Assembly (NCBI GenBank): GCA_964628855.1
Contig: CAZVMV010000007.1
Location: forward strand, 1-59,194
Length of the DNA: 59,194 nt
From: an uncultured Gammaproteobacteria bacterium
GTDB lineage: Bacteria > Patescibacteriota > Patescibacteriia > UBA10025 > JAHIVO01
Direction: 5' to 3'
In this document: positions 1-7,767 of the stretch, in pieces
How positions within the stretch are numbered: position 1 is the stretch's first letter
Layout: each line of letters starts with the position of its first letter
Program-made: the position numbers and the translations under genes
The notes under the pieces: generated by a model
The model's database searches: none
Told to the model about the DNA's origin: nothing
What the model saw: the letters and a program-made list of their open reading frames with translations, nothing else

Positions 1-71
1 CCCAAGGGGATTTGAACCCCTGATCTCCTCCGTGACAGGGAGGCGTGTTAACCGGGCTACACCATGGGTCC
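1..71 (-). tRNA. tRNA-Asp(GTC); 3' end cut by the window edge
   Basis: Reverse complement GGACCCATGGTGTAGCCCGGTTAACACGCCTCCCTGTCACGGAGGAGATCAGGGGTTCAAATCCCCTTGGG. Acceptor GGACCCA/TGGG.., anticodon arm CTCCC-TGTCACG-GAGG with GTC, T-arm AGGGG-TTCAAAT-CCCCT. Confidence 0.95.
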
Positions 72-91
72 ACTTTGTGGTAAACTGGAGA

Positions 92-436
92 CTATTTTTT
101 TACTGTCTTTATGATTTCTTCAAAAATTTTCGGCTCGTGTTCCGCCAGATGAGCCAATGATTTACGATCCAGTGAAATGTTCGCCTTGTGTAACAATCCC
201 ATGAATTTGCTGTAAGATAGTCCATGAGCCCGTGCGGCAGCATTAATTTTTATCTGCCAGAGGTGGCGATATTCCATTTTCTTGACCTTGCGGCCACGGT
301 AGGCATGAACACCGGCCTTCAGCGCCGCGACACGGGCCAGTTTGATCTTGTTTTTCCGGCCCCAACGGAATCCTTTAGTTTTTTTAAATAAGTTTTTTCG
401 GCGCTTGACGTGCGCAGTTCCTCGTTTGACTCGCAT
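92..436 (-). CDS. rplT: 50S ribosomal protein bL20
   Basis: MRVKRG..KGFRWGR..RHLWQIKINAAARAHGLSYSKFM..LDRKSLAHLA signature; infC-rpmI-rplT order. Confidence 0.98.
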   Translation of the reverse strand: MRVKRGTAHVKRRKNLFKKTKGFRWGRKNKIKLARVAALKAGVHAYRGRKVKKMEYRHLWQIKINAAARAHGLSYSKFMGLLHKANISLDRKSLAHLAEHEPKIFEEIIKTVKK

Positions 437-437
437 A

Positions 438-635
438 TTATTGGTACGGTGTTAGTCTTTTAATGGTTTTATCGAAATGCCCTGAGGTACGTAGGTCGCG
501 GCGTTTTTTCATGGTGGTCGAACCAGCTTCACGGGAATTGAAATGGTCCTGGCCGGCTTTACGCCGCATCAGGCGCTTGCCGCTAGTATAACGGAAACGC
601 TTAGCTGTTGCTTTATGAGTCTTGACTTTTGGCAT
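438..635 (-). CDS. rpmI: 50S ribosomal protein bL35
   Basis: MPKVKTHKATAKRFRYTSG signature; lies between infC and rplT. Confidence 0.97.
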   Translation of the reverse strand: MPKVKTHKATAKRFRYTSGKRLMRRKAGQDHFNSREAGSTTMKKRRDLRTSGHFDKTIKRLTPYQ

Positions 636-719
636 AGTGTTTGGTTGTTATGTACCACGAATGTATGTCCGCACGTCTCACGAACGTGGTCAGCATTTTT
701 CGCGGGAAATAGTAATAAA

Positions 720-1235
720 TTATTTTTTTCCGATGATGGCAAATAGTTGTCCGCCCATACTACTGATGGGCTTGTCCAGCGTGACAGGGATTTCGGAATT
801 CAGATCGTCGACAAATTGCTGCATAATTTCCCTGGCTCGGCCCATGTGGGCGCGTTCACGGCCGCGCAAACGGATTTCCAGCTTGACCTTATCGCCTTTT
901 TCCAGGAATTTTTTTGATTGTTGGCGCCTGGTGGCCAGGTCGTGCGGGCCGATATTCAGGGACAGACGGAGGCCTTTGACTTCCACTTTACGTACCTTGG
1001 CTTTTTGTTTGCGTTCTTTCTTTTCCTGCTGGAACTGGTACGAACCATAGTTCATGATCCGGCAGACTGGCGGATTGGCGAGCGGGGAGACCTCTACTAG
1101 GTCCAGATCCCGTTCCCTGGCCATTTGCTGGGCACGATAGGTGTCTACGACGCCATGTTGATGGCCGGTTTCGTCGATGAGCATGATTTGCGGTACGCGG
1201 ATAGCCGCGTTGACGCGAAGATGTTTGCTACTAAT
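720..1235 (-). CDS. infC: Translation initiation factor IF-3; probable ATT start at 1235
   Basis: LDLVEVSPLANPPVCRIMNYG and GDKVK..RLRGRE motifs. The frame extends 17 codons upstream of the track ATG (ISSKHLRVNAAIRVPQIMLID, matching the IF-3 RIN..IR..EVRLI N-terminus) to an in-frame ATT, with a stop shortly upstream. Confidence 0.95.
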   Translation of the reverse strand: MSSKHLRVNAAIRVPQIMLIDETGHQHGVVDTYRAQQMARERDLDLVEVSPLANPPVCRIMNYGSYQFQQEKKERKQKAKVRKVEVKGLRLSLNIGPHDLATRRQQSKKFLEKGDKVKLEIRLRGRERAHMGRAREIMQQFVDDLNSEIPVTLDKPISSMGGQLFAIIGKK

Positions 1236-1246
1236 TGTTTTGGTGG

Positions 1247-1510
1247 TTAATGTTTAGATGATTTTTTTAGATTTTTTATCAAAATAAGTTTTTTCTTGCG
1301 GCTCCAGCTTTGGATTTCAGATTCCCGTTTTCTGGCCAGGCCGTAATTTCGCACTTTTTCGGAATACTTGAGGGCAACCGGCCGCCTGGCGCGCGTATAT
1401 TTTGCTCCCTGACCCCGGTTATGCCGATAAATCCGCGCCGTAAGATCGTTAGTACAGCCAGTATATAGGGATTTATCGGAACATTCAAGGATATAGACGT
1501 GCCATGGCAT
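1247..1510 (-). CDS. Stand-alone GIY-YIG nuclease (UPF0213/YhbQ-like), 87 aa
   Basis: [43 protein letters not shown] motif. Start moved to 1510 because the longer track ORF overlaps the tmRNA. Confidence 0.9.
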   Translation of the reverse strand: MPWHVYILECSDKSLYTGCTNDLTARIYRHNRGQGAKYTRARRPVALKYSEKVRNYGLARKRESEIQSWSRKKKLILIKNLKKSSKH

Positions 1511-1522
1511 ACGATTTTGGAT

Positions 1523-1921
1523 TGGTGGAAGCGAGGGGTAGTGCGCCCCTGTCCAGTAAAACATCTCAAAAGTGTCTACGAACATAGCCCGCTCTGGTGT
1601 TTTGGGCCTAACGTATGGAACGGGCAAAACCGCCAAACCCTATCCTTTTATTGTTTAAGGCGCGCGTGAAGGCTAACAGCACGTCCGAGCCTGGAAAATG
1701 TCACCGTGTGGTCCATACCAGGCGTCTGGCACACGATGGCAGTTGGTTTTTTAGGCAACTGCGAGTGAAGGCATGGCGAATGCCGAAGCAAACGCGCTCT
1801 TCACTTTTGAAACAAATGTATTTGCATTTGTATGTGCAGGTAACCAGTTTAACGTCGTAGTACGAGCACAGGACGGTTCGCTACCTCTGAGGGAGTCCCA
1901 CTGTCGATTGTAAACGCTCCC
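1523..1921 (-). ncRNA. ssrA: tmRNA (one-piece), tag ANTFVSKVKSAFASAFAMPSLAVA
   Basis: 5' GGGAGCG pairs with 3' CGCTTCC-ACCA including the G3.U alanine determinant. TCGAC follows the D-loop, GGAC-AGGGG/CCCCT forms the T-stem, and an internal ORF CAAAT-GCA AAT...GCA GTT GCC TAA lies at 1825-1751. smpB is nearby. Confidence 0.93.
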
Positions 1922-1934
1922 AAGGATGGAAAAA

Positions 1935-2669
1935 TTACTTTTTTCCTCTTAATTGTTTAAGAACTTCTTCGCCCATATCAGCGGCATCCATTATCCTAAG
2001 TGCATCTGCGCCATCGCGTGTATTTGGTTGGATGCGCAGGTATGAGCCTACTAATTCAAACACTGCGTTTTCAAGTTGTTTTATTGATTTTGCTCCCAGG
2101 CATGCCTCTACCTTCAATTTTGCATTATTTTTCCAGGCAGGGTCCGACACTAAATTTCTAGCATCAACCCGACAAATATTCTGAAATATTTTTGTTAATA
2201 AACCATTGACATTCTCGCGTTTCATTTCTTGTGGACTCATTCTTTTTTTCTCATTTTTGACGGGCAGTTCATTTTCATTTTCCTGTGTTGAAAAATGTCT
2301 CTCAATACCCCGTGCAATCATCGATGCCTCATACATCAGCTCAAGTATTTGTTTATTCTTCGTGCTAGGCCAGATATTTAATTCGCTGTGAACGAGTTCC
2401 CATATTGATTCTTTTTTGCGGTTTTTAGTTTTGGCCGTCATACATTTTTCCAGCCTTTCTAGCGTTTGTATTTTCCATGACGGTCTATCTAATTCGTTTT
2501 CATCAATTGCATCAATTTTTTCTTTAATTTGTCCTAGTAAAGCATGATAATTAAATTCTGTGTTTTCAGTTTTTTCCGACTCCATAGCCTCACTGTCAGT
2601 TCGCATTCTTTCCCACATTTCTGACGAAAGCCGGTTTGCCTCGACACGACTTGGGATCCCTCTTGGCAT
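1935..2669 (-). CDS. Hypothetical protein with an internal two-fold repeat
   Basis: 244-aa AT-rich ORF tightly packed between smpB and ssrA; no recognisable family. Confidence 0.8.
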   Translation of the reverse strand: MPRGIPSRVEANRLSSEMWERMRTDSEAMESEKTENTEFNYHALLGQIKEKIDAIDENELDRPSWKIQTLERLEKCMTAKTKNRKKESIWELVHSELNIWPSTKNKQILELMYEASMIARGIERHFSTQENENELPVKNEKKRMSPQEMKRENVNGLLTKIFQNICRVDARNLVSDPAWKNNAKLKVEACLGAKSIKQLENAVFELVGSYLRIQPNTRDGADALRIMDAADMGEEVLKQLRGKK

Positions 2670-2684
2670 AATATTATTAATAAA

Positions 2685-3134
2685 TTATTTTTTAACTCGC
2701 AGTAGTCGTTGAAGCTGCCGATCGGTATCACGTTTTTTTATGACCTCCCGTTTATCGTACGCCTTTAGACCACGACAAACACCGATGCTCAACTTGATCA
2801 GGCTCCCCTTAGTATAGACAGAAATTGGGAGGACTGTCAACCCTTTAGCCTTCTGCTTGCCGACCAGCTCGGCCACTTCTTTGCGTTTCAAAAGCAGTTT
2901 TCGTTCGCGGTTTGGCGGGTAGTTTTCCCGGCCGGCGGCCGATGGATATGGCGAGATGTGGCAATTGATGAGCCATACTTCGTCACCGCGTACCGATATA
3001 TAACTACCGGCCAGATTGCAATGGCCGGTTTTTATCGATTTTACCTCTGCCCCGAACAATACCAGGCCTGCCTCGTATTTGTCGAGGATTTCGTATCCGT
3101 GCAAACCGCGTTTGTTGTGCGCGAGGGTGGGCAT
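2685..3134 (-). CDS. smpB: SsrA-binding protein SmpB
   Basis: YEILDKYEAGLVL.GAEVKSI..RERKLLLKRKE..G..KAYDKRE signature. Confidence 0.98.
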   Translation of the reverse strand: MPTLAHNKRGLHGYEILDKYEAGLVLFGAEVKSIKTGHCNLAGSYISVRGDEVWLINCHISPYPSAAGRENYPPNRERKLLLKRKEVAELVGKQKAKGLTVLPISVYTKGSLIKLSIGVCRGLKAYDKREVIKKRDTDRQLQRLLRVKK

Positions 3135-3166
3135 AGTGTCTGTATTATAGGCAATATCAGGGAAAT

Positions 3167-3199
3167 AAAAAACCCACCAAACACACGGCGGGTTTTTTT
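3167..3199 (-). terminator. Intrinsic terminator after the beta-propeller gene
   Basis: Minus strand ACCCGCC-GTGTGTTT-GGTGGGT followed by a T-run; the G.U pair works only on the minus strand. Confidence 0.7.
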
Positions 3200-3205
3200 A
3201 TGAAT

Positions 3206-5422
3206 TTATTTTAATTCGATGCTACCCTGATCAGCGAGGTCAGTCAGGTTGTTTATGCCGATTTTTTTCTGGGAAAGGGAATAGAGGCTCCCGTCGATGA
3301 AAAGGTTTCGGGTGATGGTCGTATTGCCGCCGCTGTAATAATACCCACTTTTTAACAGTGAGTCGTTGTTTTCAGCATGGGTAATGCGCCCCTTCAAGAC
3401 AAACCCTTCGGCCAGGGAAATATTGTAAACGTACGATCCCTGGAAGGTAAATTGTCCGTATTCGTTGCCTGTCCGGCTGGCAGCAGATTTTTGCTCATCC
3501 GTCAGTGTAGAAAGTGTAATCGGCAAGACGAGGAGATTTTTTTCTCTACTGAACAGAAAGGCCTTATGGTCCGTCAATGCGGGAGAGTCCGTACCGCGGT
3601 CGCCGATGATCGTTTTGTACATCTCCTTCGGATTTGCCACATCCGAAACGTCAAAGATGGCCATCTTTAATCCTTGGTACCAGGCAAAATTTCCCGTTTC
3701 TGATTCGACTGTATCTTTCCCTACGCCGATGATGTGCGTGTCGTCATATGGATGGAGATAGTCGGAGTAACCGGGGATTTTCAGCTGGCCAAGTACTTTC
3801 GGATTAGTCGGGTCCGACATGTCGACGGTAAACAGCGGGTCAACTTTTTTAAAGGTCACGAGGTATGCCCGGTCACCCATGAACCTTGTTGAATAAAATT
3901 TTTCTCCTGGCGCCAGGTCAGTCAAAGCGCCGACCTGTTTGAGGCCTTTGTCCAGCACATACACGCTATTTTTTGAATTCCCGCCCTGTTGGCTGACATA
4001 TCCGGTGGTGGTAGCGATACGGAAATAGTCTTTGTGTTCGTCCATAGAAAACTGGTTCAGGATAGTGCCCGGCACCTCCGTGGTACCCTGGTAGGTAATT
4101 TTGTCCTTTTCCAAATTGAATTTGTATATCGCGGTTTTTTCTGCCGGCTCGCGGTTGAGGACCTTATCGATAAATCCACCTTCATAAGCATCCCAGGTCG
4201 TATTGGCAATATACAAATTGGCGGTGGATGCGTAAACATTCTGTGATGATCCCAACACGACCTGTTTCGTAATTTCTTTCCCGTAGTCGTCGATCGGGAG
4301 CCCAATTACCGAGATGTACTGGCTGGACGAGATCGGGTTAATGTATTGGACATCCGCACACCCGACTATAGGCTCCGCAACAGGAACAGAACTTGCAGTT
4401 GTGGCTGAATAATCCCTGTACAACGGAACGGGCGTGGGATTTTTTTCTTCCAGCACGCGGTAATCCGGGTACGAATTTATTATGAAATATACGTATTTTC
4501 CGATCATGCGTGAGGTGCTGTAGTTTCCGTCAAATTCCAGTTTTCTTTTTTGGACAGGGTTGGCAGGGTCGGTGAGGTCGTAGATTTCGATAAAAGTAAT
4601 GTTGGTTGATCCGTAGTATGGGTAGATGTCCGGAACCGGCGCAACAGAGGGGGCCGTGCTTCCAGCAGATCCGGAGCTCGAACCGCTGCCGCTTTTTAAA
4701 TCGATGCCTTGCGGTGCAAAAGTTTCGTCATAGCGCTGGCCGAAAACCATCAGGTTTTTCCCGTCAATAAATAACTCCTGGGGCGTGCTTGAATTATTGT
4801 AGACTATTTTGCCGACTATTTTGGCGTCCGTGACTGGATATGCCCTGGCAATGTAAACGTTTTTTCCTGAAATTGTGTAAATGTTCGTTCCGTCAGTTTT
4901 TACCGTGTCGGCTTCATCGACGCCGGCCACCTGGATGTTAGTACCCGAATAATCTGCCGCATCTTCGGCTACCGGAGCGGCAGAAGGCGTGATGCCGCTG
5001 GATTTTTGGGTGACAGTGCCGAGTCCAAATGCCATATCTTCGCGAATTCCGTAAGTTGATTTATTCTGGTTCTCTTTCAGGGTATTCGTCAGATCCGAGC
5101 AAGAAGCAAAAGTTGGCAACGGGCTTGTTTTCGGTGTGGTATTGGCTTTCCCAAAGTGGGCTGGATCGCTGGGATTAATCAAAGCCGAGACAGCAAATGC
5201 CGCTACGAGAATAAGCATCGCCGCGCTACCGAAACCGAAAATAATTTTCCGATACGTAAAATCCATAAAACTTTTCCTTGTTGGGCGTTGGTCCTGCGCC
5301 CGTAATTGATTAAGTAATTTATTTTTTAATTCCTGGGAAAATTCCGGCAGCGGTCGTGAATTGGACGAAGCGTTGCGCAGGCGTTTTATCACCTTATATT
5401 CATTTAAATCGAAGTCATTCAT
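3206..5422 (-). CDS. Membrane-anchored beta-propeller domain protein (Beta_propel family), possible anti-sigma partner
   Basis: Cytoplasmic N-terminus, one TM segment (IIFGFGSAAMLILVAAFAVSAL), then DYSGTNIQVAGVDEADTVKTDG, LNQFSMDEH...FRIATT, YSTRFMGDRAYLVTF..VDPLF, LKIPGYSDYLHP. Overlaps the ECF stop codon (ATGA). Confidence 0.88.
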   Translation of the reverse strand: MNDFDLNEYKVIKRLRNASSNSRPLPEFSQELKNKLLNQLRAQDQRPTRKSFMDFTYRKIIFGFGSAAMLILVAAFAVSALINPSDPAHFGKANTTPKTSPLPTFASCSDLTNTLKENQNKSTYGIREDMAFGLGTVTQKSSGITPSAAPVAEDAADYSGTNIQVAGVDEADTVKTDGTNIYTISGKNVYIARAYPVTDAKIVGKIVYNNSSTPQELFIDGKNLMVFGQRYDETFAPQGIDLKSGSGSSSGSAGSTAPSVAPVPDIYPYYGSTNITFIEIYDLTDPANPVQKRKLEFDGNYSTSRMIGKYVYFIINSYPDYRVLEEKNPTPVPLYRDYSATTASSVPVAEPIVGCADVQYINPISSSQYISVIGLPIDDYGKEITKQVVLGSSQNVYASTANLYIANTTWDAYEGGFIDKVLNREPAEKTAIYKFNLEKDKITYQGTTEVPGTILNQFSMDEHKDYFRIATTTGYVSQQGGNSKNSVYVLDKGLKQVGALTDLAPGEKFYSTRFMGDRAYLVTFKKVDPLFTVDMSDPTNPKVLGQLKIPGYSDYLHPYDDTHIIGVGKDTVESETGNFAWYQGLKMAIFDVSDVANPKEMYKTIIGDRGTDSPALTDHKAFLFSREKNLLVLPITLSTLTDEQKSAASRTGNEYGQFTFQGSYVYNISLAEGFVLKGRITHAENNDSLLKSGYYYSGGNTTITRNLFIDGSLYSLSQKKIGINNLTDLADQGSIELK

Positions 5423-5982
5423 ATGATATTAAGTAATTGGGCGGCCTTTTTTAGGGCGCGATGCTGGAGCACTTTGATATTTTCCTCACTTTCATCCAGA
5501 ACATCGGCTGTTTCGGTAATGGACATGTTTTTTATGAAACGGCATTCCAGAACGGCGCGGTAGTTGATGGGCAGATTTTGAAGAATCGTTTCTACCTTCT
5601 GTTCGGTCATTGATGTCAGGGCGTCAATCTCTTGATCACTGTCAAAAAATGATTCATCTGGTTTGGCGCTGGCATAGTGTTCTTCCAGAGGCACGATCGG
5701 CGTGCGGTATTGCCGCCGCCAATAATCAGCTACCGTCCTTTTGGCTATGGCATAGAGCCAGTTTTTAAACGAGGACTGATGGCGGAACGAAGGCAATTGC
5801 CTCACCATTTTCATAAAGATTTCACTGGTCAGGTCTTCTGCCGTTTCCCGATGCCCGCACTGCACAAAACAGTATCGGTATATGAGTGGCAGGTAACCTT
5901 CATAAAGCCGGCATAGCGCGTTTTCATCGCCTTTTTGTGCGTCTTGGACAAGTCGCATGTCATTTTGTATTGGTTCGCCCAT
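5419..5982 (-). CDS. ECF (group 4) RNA polymerase sigma factor
   Basis: LYEGYLPLIYRY..AEDLTSEIFMK..FKNWLYAIAKR..DYWR (region 2) and LPINYRAVLECRF..SITETADVL...IKVLQHRALKK (region 4). Confidence 0.93.
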   Translation of the reverse strand: MGEPIQNDMRLVQDAQKGDENALCRLYEGYLPLIYRYCFVQCGHRETAEDLTSEIFMKMVRQLPSFRHQSSFKNWLYAIAKRTVADYWRRQYRTPIVPLEEHYASAKPDESFFDSDQEIDALTSMTEQKVETILQNLPINYRAVLECRFIKNMSITETADVLDESEENIKVLQHRALKKAAQLLNII

Positions 5983-6088
5983 TATATATAGTCGCTAACG
6001 GGTTACACTGGTATTATAGCGCTTTCTTTGGCAATAAAGTATGGGCTTCTTACTTTCCATAACCAATTTTTTTTTGTATACTTAAAAC

Positions 6089-7750
6089 ATGAATTTCAAG
6101 GAACAGCTCCAGAAAAAAATTTCAAAAATTATCTTAACAAAATGGCCGCAATTGCGTGAGGCGTCTTTTGCGTTCAGTGTTGATTATCCACCTGACCAGA
6201 AGTTCGGGGACTATTCAACGAATGTGGCGATGAAGTTGGCAGGCATATTGCATCTCAGTCCGATGGAAATCGCTGAACAAATCATGGGGGCGATGGGCAA
6301 AACCCAGGGCGTCCGGGAATTGCATGTGACAGCGCCTGGATTTGTAAATTTTTTCCTTGACGAACGTTGGTTGGCTAAACAAATCACTGAAATATTGAGG
6401 CTGAAAGGACGGTTTGGTCGATCGGACATTGGCGCCAACAAACGCGTGCTGGTTGAATTTGTTTCGGCCAACCCGACCGGCCCGCTGACACTTGGGAATG
6501 GACGGGCGGCTTTTGGCGGTGATGCCCTGTGCAATATTCTGCAGTTGTCAGGATTTCGTACGCATCGCGAGTACTACGTCAACGACATAGGCAACCAAGT
6601 GAATATCCTGGCCGAATCTGTCCTGCGCCGGTATTGGCAGCACCAGGGGATCAAGATGGAATTCCCTGAATACTGTTATCAAGGGGTCTATGTCGAGGAG
6701 TTGGCAAAGACTTTGTACCTGCCCAATTACAAACTGGCCAACATGCAAAAGCTTGAGGTGGTCCGGGACAAGATCAAAGGTAGAATTTTGGAAAAAATGA
6801 TCAGCGACATCAGGCGCGTACTGGTCAAAAAGGTAGGAGTAAAGTATGACAAGTGGTTTTCCGAAAAAACCCTTTATACGTCAGGTCTGGTGGACAAGAT
6901 GCTGGCAATGCTGAAGGAAAAAAAATTGTTATACAAAAATGAAGGGGCGATCTGGCTGAAAACCACAGAATATGGCGATGACAAAGACCGGGTACTGATC
7001 AAGGCGGATGGCGATCCCGTTTATTTCCTGTCAGATATCGCCCTTCGGTACCAGCGTTTTTTCAAGAGGAAATTCGACAAGGAGATTTTCCTGCTTGGCG
7101 CTGACCATCACGGGTACCAGGGCCGGATGCAGGCCGCGATGTCCATCCTTGGTCTGGCTGGGAAACTTGACATAGTCTTAATCCAACTGGTCAGGCTCCT
7201 GCGGTGCGGACAGGAGGTCAGGATGTCCAAACGTTCCGGGACTTTTGTCACCCTGGAGGAGTTAGTCGACGAAGTGGGCGTGGACGCGGCGAGGTATTTT
7301 TTCCTGATGTATGATTTCAACACGCATATGGACTTCAACCTGGATTTGGCCAAAAAAAAGACCAAAGACAACCCTGTGTATTACGTACAATACGCGCATG
7401 CCAGGATCTGTAGTATAATGAGAAAGCTCAATAAATTGAACGGCAAGAAATCGGCTGCCAAACCGAGCAAAAATGCCCGTCATGTACAGGAACCGGCTGA
7501 GACTAAACTAATGAAACAACTGCTCAGGTGGCCGGAACTTGTTTCCGACATCGCGCGTTCTTACCAGGTTCATAAATTGACGGCTTATGCTTCAGCGGTG
7601 GCGACTGATTTCCATAATTTTTATACCCAGTGCCGGGTCATATCAGGCAAGGAAGTGAATATGGACAGGGTAGTATTAATCAGGGCAACCCAACAGATCT
7701 TGCAGAATGTGTTCGTGACAATGGGCGTGAACGCGCCGGATAAAATGTAA
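6089..7750 (+). CDS. argS: Arginine--tRNA ligase
   Basis: FGDYSTNVAM, VEFVSANPTGPLTLGNGR, GADHHGY, MSKRSG, NPVYYVQYAHARICS. Confidence 0.97.
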   Translation: MNFKEQLQKKISKIILTKWPQLREASFAFSVDYPPDQKFGDYSTNVAMKLAGILHLSPMEIAEQIMGAMGKTQGVRELHVTAPGFVNFFLDERWLAKQITEILRLKGRFGRSDIGANKRVLVEFVSANPTGPLTLGNGRAAFGGDALCNILQLSGFRTHREYYVNDIGNQVNILAESVLRRYWQHQGIKMEFPEYCYQGVYVEELAKTLYLPNYKLANMQKLEVVRDKIKGRILEKMISDIRRVLVKKVGVKYDKWFSEKTLYTSGLVDKMLAMLKEKKLLYKNEGAIWLKTTEYGDDKDRVLIKADGDPVYFLSDIALRYQRFFKRKFDKEIFLLGADHHGYQGRMQAAMSILGLAGKLDIVLIQLVRLLRCGQEVRMSKRSGTFVTLEELVDEVGVDAARYFFLMYDFNTHMDFNLDLAKKKTKDNPVYYVQYAHARICSIMRKLNKLNGKKSAAKPSKNARHVQEPAETKLMKQLLRWPELVSDIARSYQVHKLTAYASAVATDFHNFYTQCRVISGKEVNMDRVVLIRATQQILQNVFVTMGVNAPDKM

Positions 7751-7767
7751 ACATATAAAGCATTCCT

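Noticed and set aside
1247-1636. GIY-YIG ORF as a homing endonuclease or 129-aa protein
   Set aside because: The extra 42 N-terminal codons run through the tmRNA 3' end. The remaining 87 aa are a stand-alone UPF0213-type domain with no DNA-binding extension or intron context.
5983-6010. ECF autoregulatory promoter TGTAAC...CGAC upstream of the sigma gene
   Set aside because: Both half-motifs occur on the minus strand but only 7 nt apart, far short of the ~16-17 nt needed. A TATAAT at 6017-6012 explains transcription more simply.
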